A stretch of 64,000 nt of DNA from a virus (taxonomy: Duplodnaviria > Heunggongvirae > Uroviricota > Caudoviricetes), in IMG/VR virus record IMGVR_UViG_3300045988_150439, one strand, 5' to 3'. Position numbers and translations under genes: made by a program. The notes beneath the pieces were generated by a model. It made no database searches. It worked only from the letters and a program-made list of their open reading frames with translations, and had not been told where the DNA came from. Each line of letters starts with the position of its first letter. Within the stretch, counting starts at the first letter, position 1. Positions 10,467 through 17,531 of this stretch are shown piece after piece.

Positions 10467-10588
10467 CACAACGTTGAGGCCATTACATTTTTATCAATTC
10501 TAAGGTTCTATTCACAGAGATACCGGCGAGCGTTGATATGTAACATGTTGGGCAAACATTCAATCGGAGTAGTGGCCTCAACGTTGTG
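10467..10588 (+). repeat. long-range hairpin element (16-bp perfect inverted repeat enclosing about 90 nt)
   Basis: cacaacgttgaggcca at 10467-10482 is the exact reverse complement of 10573-10588. Confidence 0.5.
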
Positions 10589-10854
10589 AAGACGGGATTG
10601 TTGTGTAGGTTTAACCACTGTTGCCATTGGTGCCTGTTTTCACAACAAATGATTCCATACATCACATTGTATAAATTACAAAGTAGGTGCTGTCCTCAGA
10701 AACATCATCTACTTAAAGATTTTGCCTTCTACTATTGAGCGAAGTCGAAAGCGTCTGGCACTAACGAAAAGTGCAAGTAGCGGTGCGTTTCCTGGCAGAA
10801 ACTAAACCGTCGCGATTGGCACTGTTGAGTAATAAATACTGGCAGTGCTGAATT

Positions 10855-10929
10855 GATGGTGTAGCTCAGCGGTAGAGCAGTTGGCTGTTAACCAACTGGT
10901 CGGTGGTTCGAATCCACCCACCATCGCCA
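10855..10929 (+). tRNA. tRNA-Asn (anticodon GTT)
   Basis: Hand-folded cloverleaf: acceptor gatggtg/caccatc, D-arm gctcagcggtagagc, anticodon loop ctGTTaa, T-arm ggtggttcgaatccacc, encoded CCA. Confidence 0.8.
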
Positions 10930-10932
10930 ATG

Positions 10933-11007
10933 CCGGTTTAGCTCAGTTGGTAGAGCACCTGCCTTGTAAGCAGGATGTCAGCGGTTCGATCCCGTTAACC
11001 GGCACCA
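10933..11007 (+). tRNA. tRNA-Thr (anticodon TGT)
   Basis: Acceptor gccggtt/aaccggc, D-arm gctcagttggtagagc, anticodon stem cctgc/gcagg with loop ctTGTaa, T-loop ttcgatc, encoded CCA. Confidence 0.75.
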
Positions 11008-11026
11008 ACACAACAGGTAAGAGCAT

Positions 11027-11100
11027 TGGGCGAATCGGCGATACTGACCCACAAGCCCGTAAATCGATAGAGTCAGACCAGTGCTCTTACCGTTGTGAGG
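11027..11100 (+). repeat. long-range hairpin element ending in cttaccgttgtga
   Basis: gtaagagcattgg pairs with ccagtgctcttac (one G-U) enclosing about 48 nt; not foldable as a tRNA. Confidence 0.4.
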
Positions 11101-11156
11101 AAGTGCAGCTCTTTGAAGCAACCAGAAGATAAGCATCTGGCTTCACAACACAACGA

Positions 11157-11219
11157 TAAGATCATTACGGTTAATCGTCGTTCATGTGCACAATGACTGG
11201 TCGAAAGGTAGTGATCTTA
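11157..11219 (+). repeat. long-range hairpin element ending in cttaccgttgtga
   Basis: taagatcattac pairs with gtagtgatctta (one G-U); same 3' tail as the element at 11027-11100. Confidence 0.4.
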
Positions 11220-11327
11220 CCGTTGTGATGAATGCACAGGCTGATGTGCCGCAACTACAGTAGTGCGCGCTTTGCGGGGCTTGCTACAACCCTGTGTCGG
11301 AGTTCAGCACCGACCATCACAATAGCT

Positions 11328-11414
11328 GGAGAGTAGGGAGCATGGTGCTCAAGCGGTCTTGAAAACCGTCCCATTGCGCAAGCGATGATGGTTCGATTCC
11401 ATTACTCTCCGCCA
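11328..11414 (+). tRNA. tRNA-Ser (anticodon TGA), long variable arm
   Basis: 87 nt; acceptor ggagagt/actctcc, anticodon loop ctTGAaa, long extra arm, T-loop ttcgatt, encoded CCA. Confidence 0.7.
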
Positions 11415-11417
11415 GAC

Positions 11418-11493
11418 ACAGCGTTGAGCGGTTTGGCCTTTTAATCACCCAGATTAAGACTCCGCTAACATAAACCAGACCGCTCAACGCTGT
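11418..11493 (+). repeat. long-range hairpin element immediately 3' of tRNA-Ser
   Basis: acagcgttgagcggt (11418-11432) is the exact reverse complement of 11479-11493. Confidence 0.45.
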
Positions 11494-11567
11494 GATAGAC
11501 AATTACGGCAGACGTTCTTAACCATAGCTTGCTAACATCCTAGCAACACTTTTTTTCAGCGCAAAAT

Positions 11568-11592
11568 TCAAAGGGGCTTCGGCCCCTTTTCT
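11568..11592. terminator. bidirectional Rho-independent terminator
   Basis: GC hairpin aaaggggcttcggcccctttt with A-run before and T-run after; lies between the tRNA block and the 3' end of the minus-strand gene 11593-12804. Confidence 0.6.
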
Positions 11593-12804
11593 TCAAAAAA
11601 GTTTTATAAATTCATAATTCTGGTCAATTAAGGATTCAATACACACCATGCAAAAATCTACATCGTTAAAATCAGGTGTGTAATATTCATCCTCATAACA
11701 TTCATTTAGACCTTCAATCAATTTTTCTTTAAAAACTCCCCACGTTTCAATATGAACCATTTCCATATAAGGCGCATGTGTATGTACTTGCAATACATCC
11801 CAGGTGTCTATAACCTCGATCCGCGGCTTGCAATTAATTTTTTCTAAATATGCCCTCCCAGAATTGTAAATTTTCGACATTGATGCCCCAAAACCTGATG
11901 GTTGGTAATGAGTGTAAATGTCATAAATTTTTTGTCCTATTCTAGGGAGTTGAGAAGCATTGGATATTTGTGGCGAATGAAAGTATCGCTCTATGGAAGA
12001 AAACGCAGAAACATTAACTAGAGTAATCGTATATGGTGCTAAAGTTCTCTCGTTCAAATTTCTACATAAAATAGCAAACCCATGGCTATTAGTCTTTTCA
12101 CCGTCTGAGGACATTTTTGCCATGCTGGCTTTAATAACATTCAATTTCGAATGTAAACGAGAAGTGGAAGTCGGTTGATTATACATTTCATCATCATACA
12201 AACATATATGAAACCCGCCAAGATGACGAAATGAGAACTTGAGTGCTTCTTCCGCAATAACTAATTTATTAATATCTAAAGGAGTAAGTGATACGTTACC
12301 TTGTAAATCATAGCAAGGTTCTAAACATAGAAAGTTTTTCTTCTGCCACACAATCATATTAAAAATAAAGTGTCTAACCAAAGGTGGCCAGTCAGGTGAT
12401 ATAAGTACATTGGTAATATCTCCATCAGACAAGTATGACAAGTAACTTTTTAGTTCCGCAGCATATGCCACTAGCTCAGTTCCAGCTTCCCTTGTTGGTG
12501 TTGAAAAATTTTTTAACTCAATAAGAACTAAGGATTCATTCTCTGTTGAATAAGCAACGACATCAGGTCTTAATATCTCAGATTTTGTTGCTGAGATATT
12601 TTCATCATCTGTCATTAAATGTAACAATGTTATATTCTTTAAACAAAACTGATAACTCTCCTTAATTTTTTTCTCTTCGGGTCTTTTCGGATTAAATTCA
12701 TTTAATTTATCAATATTGATGATTGAATTATATAATCCATCTTGATCAGATAATTTGTCAATTATCCAATTTTGCATTTCCTTTTCGCTTAAAAATATTG
12801 ACAC
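11593..12804 (-). CDS. PD-(D/E)xK nuclease-like protein, putative (second gene of an AT-rich two-gene module)
   Basis: 403 aa; N-terminal region carries a PD-x14-ExK arrangement (RPDVVAYSTENESLVLIELK); GTG start with GGAG RBS; strongly AT-rich; 26 bp downstream of its partner. Confidence 0.4.
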   Translation of the reverse strand: MSIFLSEKEMQNWIIDKLSDQDGLYNSIINIDKLNEFNPKRPEEKKIKESYQFCLKNITLLHLMTDDENISATKSEILRPDVVAYSTENESLVLIELKNFSTPTREAGTELVAYAAELKSYLSYLSDGDITNVLISPDWPPLVRHFIFNMIVWQKKNFLCLEPCYDLQGNVSLTPLDINKLVIAEEALKFSFRHLGGFHICLYDDEMYNQPTSTSRLHSKLNVIKASMAKMSSDGEKTNSHGFAILCRNLNERTLAPYTITLVNVSAFSSIERYFHSPQISNASQLPRIGQKIYDIYTHYQPSGFGASMSKIYNSGRAYLEKINCKPRIEVIDTWDVLQVHTHAPYMEMVHIETWGVFKEKLIEGLNECYEDEYYTPDFNDVDFCMVCIESLIDQNYEFIKLF

Positions 12805-12830
12805 TAATTAGGCTCCCGTTAAACCAAAAA

Positions 12831-13652
12831 TTAAAAATCTTGCTTTACTTTATCCATAGTCAGAATTTTGCTAATAATTGAAGATTCAAATCCATCTAAA
12901 CCTGAGAGAAAGTTAATTAGCTTTTGGATATGTTGTTCTTTAGGTATAAGTATATATTTTATATCATTGAACTCAAAATCAATGCCAAACTTTGAAAATT
13001 TTGAGCTAATTTTTGCTTTGTCATCAGAAGTGATAACACGCTCCAAACTCAGACTAGGCCATAAATCACCAATAAAAGGAGCTGGCACATAACGCCACTC
13101 TTTCTCGTCTGCATATATATAATTCTCTATTGTTTTATTATCTTTTCGCTCTAGCTTGCCTCTGTAATTTTTCATATAACGCAGTAAATTATATAGATCA
13201 GAATATTCTGCTTTCAATTTCTCAAACTCTATTCTGTTTTTGGTATCTAAATTTCCTCTAGCCTTCCAAAGCGGCACCAACTTTTTTTTAATAAGTCGAA
13301 TTCTGGCATTGTATTTAGAAAATATTTCACTGCTCTTATTCATATATAGAACTGGGTGTAGACCTTTCTTTTCCGCCCAAGACTTAGTTAGCCCAAGACC
13401 GAATTCCCCATATTTTCCGCTATGATCTCTGATTTGTGATAGTTTTATGTCACAAAACGATACCATTGGTACTGCAAACCTCCTGCGTCCCCCGACTCCT
13501 CTTATTTCCTCGCGAGCAAGAAATGGTTTAAAATATTTCTCAGCCAATATGCTATAGAAAGCATCTTCGTTTTTTGTAAAATGAAACAACGTGGTTGGAT
13601 GAAGACTATAAACAGATTCAACATTCGCATCAGGATTTTCAAGGATAGTCAT
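12831..13652 (-). CDS. Abi-like hypothetical protein (first gene of the AT-rich two-gene module)
   Basis: 273 aa from the ATG at 13652 (RBS aaggtg); AT-rich, Lys-rich; gene sizes and order resemble two-gene abortive-infection modules such as AbiGi/AbiGii, but this is an unverified recollection. Confidence 0.35.
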   Translation of the reverse strand: MTILENPDANVESVYSLHPTTLFHFTKNEDAFYSILAEKYFKPFLAREEIRGVGGRRRFAVPMVSFCDIKLSQIRDHSGKYGEFGLGLTKSWAEKKGLHPVLYMNKSSEIFSKYNARIRLIKKKLVPLWKARGNLDTKNRIEFEKLKAEYSDLYNLLRYMKNYRGKLERKDNKTIENYIYADEKEWRYVPAPFIGDLWPSLSLERVITSDDKAKISSKFSKFGIDFEFNDIKYILIPKEQHIQKLINFLSGLDGFESSIISKILTMDKVKQDF

Positions 13653-13801
13653 TTTACACCTTGTGGAAAGCCAGTTTAGTTCTGTAAATAGTATCACACG
13701 ACAGGCGGCTATTCTTCTATCAATAAAGGATAGGTAAGCACTTACTTTTTACGCGCGTTAATTGTATAGTTCTTTCGGATACTCACTTGAAAGGACTCAA
13801 T

Positions 13802-13945
13802 ATGGGAAATAAATGTAAACATGCGCGTCGCGCATCTCGTCAGGTGCAGAAGTCAAATCCATACATTCACGAGCACTACCACCTCAGCTCTTTCACTAAC
13901 CGCTACACGTTCCCCAGCGAAGCGCATAACGAGGCAAGGCAATGA
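13802..13945 (+). CDS. small basic protein (47 aa), putative
   Basis: ATG with aagga RBS; stop overlaps the start of the glutaredoxin gene (ATGA), suggesting translational coupling. Confidence 0.25.
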   Translation: MGNKCKHARRASRQVQKSNPYIHEHYHLSSFTNRYTFPSEAHNEARQ

Positions 13946-14187
13946 CGATCACTATCTACGGACGAGATAACTGCTCATACTGCAAACGTGCGGTCGAGCT
14001 GGCGAAGCAACTAAAGGGACATGGCTACGGTGATTATGAGTACATCGACATCACCACTGCCGGTATCGACAAGAAAAAACTAAGTGAAATTGTTGGTAAA
14101 CCGGTAGAGACTATCCCCCAGGTACTGATCGATGGCCAACCGATTGGCGGATACACAGAATTTGCTGCTTTTGCGAGCACTCTGTAA
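13942..14187 (+). CDS. glutaredoxin (NrdH/NrdC-like redoxin)
   Basis: 81 aa with CSYC active-site motif in the thioredoxin-fold position (YGRDNCSYCKRA). Confidence 0.65.
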   Translation: MTITIYGRDNCSYCKRAVELAKQLKGHGYGDYEYIDITTAGIDKKKLSEIVGKPVETIPQVLIDGQPIGGYTEFAAFASTL

Positions 14188-14282
14188 TACAATACGGCTC
14201 CTTTTGGGGCCATTTATTATTTGTAGCTTTCATCAGCACAGCGTACACTTAGTTACGAGCCATTGAGTAGTTAAGAGGTTTT

Positions 14283-14891
14283 ATGCGTTTAGAAAATTGC
14301 CTAGAAGATATGAGTGTCATTAGCAATGCCCTTGCTACTGTGACCTCTAACGCTTCACGCTTTTCAAACGCAAAGCCTACAGCTAAATCTGGGCGTGATT
14401 TTATTGAACCGCGTGGATATCGACGCTTCCGTGGCACGATGAAGCCCTCTGCGAAATTCACAGGATTCAAAACACAAACCTATGTGAGCACTGCGGCTAT
14501 TCCTGTTCAAGAGAACCGCGATGCGGCACAGCTGGCAAAGATTGAAAGCAAGCTCGCAAAATTGACGGCGAAACACGTTCGCTTAGCCCATGCCATCTCT
14601 GGATGGAAAGCGGAAAAGATTCGCAGCAACTTCGGTGAAAGTCGTTACGAAGAACTGAAGAACGTTGACCTGACCATTCGTGGTTTGGAGGGATTCGTTA
14701 ACAAGTTGATTCGCGACTCTGAGCAACCTCATCCATATTTGAAACGCTTGAGCGATTCTGTAACTGAGTATCGTTTAGCTATCTCTGATCTGCTATTGAT
14801 TTTAAATCAGTGTTTTAACGACGTAAACGTCATCGAATCGCAGACTGGCCTCATTGATGAGGACGTCTTCGCCAACTTCTCATTCCATTGA
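14283..14891 (+). CDS. hypothetical protein (possible antitoxin-position partner of the YafO-like gene)
   Basis: 202 aa ORF with aagagg RBS, ending 10 bp before the YafO-like gene; no recognised fold. Confidence 0.4.
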   Translation: MRLENCLEDMSVISNALATVTSNASRFSNAKPTAKSGRDFIEPRGYRRFRGTMKPSAKFTGFKTQTYVSTAAIPVQENRDAAQLAKIESKLAKLTAKHVRLAHAISGWKAEKIRSNFGESRYEELKNVDLTIRGLEGFVNKLIRDSEQPHPYLKRLSDSVTEYRLAISDLLLILNQCFNDVNVIESQTGLIDEDVFANFSFH

Positions 14892-14900
14892 GGTTGAACG

Positions 14901-15311
14901 ATGAAGATCACATGGAACAGTGATAGTTACGCCCAATTTTTAAAGCCGACCTTCGATATAAAGCCTGACTTAGAGATTACGTTACTCAACGATTTCAAGT
15001 CGTTTAAACAAGGCATGTACCCAGCCCTATTCGGCAAAGATGGCCCGTATACGGCTCCTGGTGCTATCGTGTCCTCCCGCGTTTATCACGTTCATCTCTT
15101 GTTCACGAAGCAAGAACGAACCAGCAGCCGCAGCAGATTCAATTGCACAAGCGACCGTGCACTCGTTTACAGTCAACATGCACATTTCCAAGATGTGTAT
15201 AGCCTATTGGCAATCTTCCCTAACAACGCACATCAGTACGCGAAAGATCCAAAAATTATGGTCGATATCGCTGCCTACGCGGCCGCATTTCAAGCTCTCA
15301 CTAACCCTTAA
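14901..15311 (+). CDS. YafO-family toxin-like protein
   Basis: 136 aa; segments FGKDGPY...VYHVHLLF, RALVYSQHAHF and LLAIFPNNAHQYAKD...AAYAAAF parallel E. coli YafO as recalled from memory (not searched). Confidence 0.45.
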   Translation: MKITWNSDSYAQFLKPTFDIKPDLEITLLNDFKSFKQGMYPALFGKDGPYTAPGAIVSSRVYHVHLLFTKQERTSSRSRFNCTSDRALVYSQHAHFQDVYSLLAIFPNNAHQYAKDPKIMVDIAAYAAAFQALTNP

Positions 15312-15353
15312 CAATCATATTAATAACGCCTCAGAATTTAAATTCCTCCCTTA

Positions 15354-15386
15354 AATGATTCCATACCTACTATGTATGGAATCATT
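15354..15386. repeat. lox/FRT-like recombination site candidate (13-bp perfect inverted repeats, 7-bp spacer)
   Basis: aatgattccatac-ctactat-gtatggaatcatt, about 100 bp upstream of the tyrosine recombinase gene. Confidence 0.5.
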
Positions 15387-15484
15387 ACTAAAAATGAGTT
15401 ACTTTGACTCTTGATCCTATAAGAATCTATGCCTAATATACTGTTTACTTATACAGTGTATCGGCGTAACTCGGTGATTGTCAT

Positions 15485-16588
15485 ATGAAAAATAGCTTTG
15501 ACAGAGCACGCGCAGCGGAGAACACCTCAAAAGAGGCGATTGAGTATCTCGAAAGAGCATCTCAAATGCAGGCCGTTATGATCTCGCAGGTTAGCAATGA
15601 CATGAGATTCTCAGACGCATTCATGTTATTCACTCGCTTATCTCTGCTAATAACAAGACGTCGGCCAGAGATCGCTGTTCACTGTATTTTGATACATGTT
15701 TTGCCGCACATTGCTGATGTAAAAGTAAGTGACATTAATAGGTTCATGGTGAACCAACTGGTCAACCCACTAATACTGGATGGCAAAATTGTTATGGGCC
15801 GCCGCGTTTTCTCTCTGATGAAGCAGTTCCTTAGCTGGTGCGCCTTCCAGGGGATGATAGACGTGTCACCGTTAAACGATATGTCACTTAACAAAGTTGC
15901 CGGTGGCGCAAAGCCCACACCTCGCGAGCGGAAGCTGACCGACGCAGAGGTATGGGTGTTCTGGAATATATGGGACTACTTCAATGTGTGTGCTGGTACA
16001 AAATGGGCGGCAAGGCTATGTCTTGTATCCGCAAGACGACCTGATGAAGTACTGCGGGCTAAAAAAAGTGAGTTCAATCTTAAGCGTGGGGTTTGGAATC
16101 AAGGCAAAAGAAACAAGTCAGCACGTGAGCATTCGCTGCCTTTAAGCACATTAATGCGCACATGCATTGAAGAGTTGTTCGAATACGGTAAAGATAGCCA
16201 GTGGCTCGTTCCTTCGAATAAAAAAATCGGGAAAGACCTTCCTATGTCTAAAGTGGCAATAGCCCAGGCATTACGTCGTATTCTGGAACGACCAGAACTG
16301 ATGGAGCTTGAGCCATTTACACCCCGAGATTTGCGCCGTACTGCGCGTAGTTACTTCCCAGCATTAGGCATAAGCCAGGAGGTATCACGTAAAATCATGA
16401 ACCACAGTCTTGAGGGGATAGATCGGGTCTACGACCGGCACGATTATATGGACGAGATGCGAGACGCCTTAGAAAGTTTCTCGACGTACATCGCATCAAT
16501 CGTAGAGCAACCGGATTTAGACGAAATTGACCACAAATTTAAGGGAGATCGTCTATCAACAGAGCTTATTCGTGTAAATTTTTCATAG
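15485..16588 (+). CDS. int: tyrosine recombinase / phage-type integrase
   Basis: C-terminal catalytic region with ARLCLVSARRPDEV (Arg box), TPRDLRRTARSY and NHSLEGIDRVYDRHDY (His/Tyr box); true start may be internal to the listed ORF. Confidence 0.65.
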   Translation: MKNSFDRARAAENTSKEAIEYLERASQMQAVMISQVSNDMRFSDAFMLFTRLSLLITRRRPEIAVHCILIHVLPHIADVKVSDINRFMVNQLVNPLILDGKIVMGRRVFSLMKQFLSWCAFQGMIDVSPLNDMSLNKVAGGAKPTPRERKLTDAEVWVFWNIWDYFNVCAGTKWAARLCLVSARRPDEVLRAKKSEFNLKRGVWNQGKRNKSAREHSLPLSTLMRTCIEELFEYGKDSQWLVPSNKKIGKDLPMSKVAIAQALRRILERPELMELEPFTPRDLRRTARSYFPALGISQEVSRKIMNHSLEGIDRVYDRHDYMDEMRDALESFSTYIASIVEQPDLDEIDHKFKGDRLSTELIRVNFS

Positions 16589-16969
16589 AGACTTTATGGC
16601 CTCAACAACCTTTTGTGATGCGCCTTTCTCTTTACCGAATCGCTCGTTATATGCAGCAAGAACCTGTTTTTCGTCCTCGTTAAGAGGAGCAGTGCCTTCT
16701 TTGTATAAAAATGCTGCGAGTTCGGGTTGACGTTCTTCCAGCACCATCATCATAAGACGACTTGGCTCAATACCCAGTGCCAGCGCCAGCGGACGAACCT
16801 TATCGATAGGCAAAGGAATTTTGCCGCTTTTAATTAAAGAAAGGTTGTTGGCGTTTTTATACCCAATTGTTTTGGCTATCTGGGCCTGGCTCATAGGTGA
16901 GGATTCAATCAACCCTGCGATAAAAGCAGCGTAGCGACTTTCTATAAATTCAATCTTGTTATCAGACAT
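16583..16969 (-). CDS. XRE-family helix-turn-helix transcriptional regulator (repressor-like)
   Basis: HTH segment MSQAQIAKTIGYKNANNLSLIKSGK; same orientation as the recombinase gene's opposite strand, with a 250-bp AT-rich control region upstream of it. Confidence 0.6.
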   Translation of the reverse strand: MSDNKIEFIESRYAAFIAGLIESSPMSQAQIAKTIGYKNANNLSLIKSGKIPLPIDKVRPLALALGIEPSRLMMMVLEERQPELAAFLYKEGTAPLNEDEKQVLAAYNERFGKEKGASQKVVEAIKSL

Positions 16970-17220
16970 GGTTACAACCTTTGCGCGTTCAATTCTCTCT
17001 GGTAAGTGCTTACCGATATTACATCAAAGGTTAGGGTTGTAAAGCTATTATCATTTTTTTCGATAGGCACTTAAAATACCGGTTAAAGGCCATTGCACGG
17101 AGAAAAATTAGCCCAAAATAGGTAAGAAAATCAACTTTCATATGATATGAATGTATTCAGTATTGATACAAATTTTAGTAGTATTCCTTACCATAGTATA
17201 AGTTAGAATGGATTGATTGA

Positions 17221-17433
17221 ATGAAAACCACTATTTCCAGCCTAATCGCTCTTGAGATGGGACACGTACAGAAATTAGCTGATGAGTGTGTAGCTGACAT
17301 CCTCACCGATCTGCCGAATGAGCAGATTCAGGTTGGTGTGAATGACACAACTGGCTTTATATTCGAACTTAACAACAAACGCTTCACGCTTCTCAATACC
17401 GGCTCCTGGTCTTTAGCCGTCAGAATCTGTTAA
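17221..17433 (+). CDS. hypothetical small protein
   Basis: 70 aa ORF followed by hairpin ctgcgcgaa...ttcgcgcag at 17446-17478. Confidence 0.3.
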   Translation: MKTTISSLIALEMGHVQKLADECVADILTDLPNEQIQVGVNDTTGFIFELNNKRFTLLNTGSWSLAVRIC

Positions 17434-17531
17434 CCCCTCTTCTCCCTGCGCGAATGGCTTAGTTCCCTGTTCGCGCAGTGCTACATTAAACAAACTAGTA
17501 AATAATTTGTTTTCATAACAAAGGATTAGCC

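Noticed and set aside
10483-10665. Minus-strand ORF (60 aa) in the tRNA-proximal hairpin region
   Set aside because: Lies within a 16-bp inverted-repeat hairpin element; no RBS; more likely RNA structure than coding.
10881-11132. Plus-strand ORF (83 aa) spanning tRNA-Asn and tRNA-Thr
   Set aside because: Reads directly through two tRNA genes.
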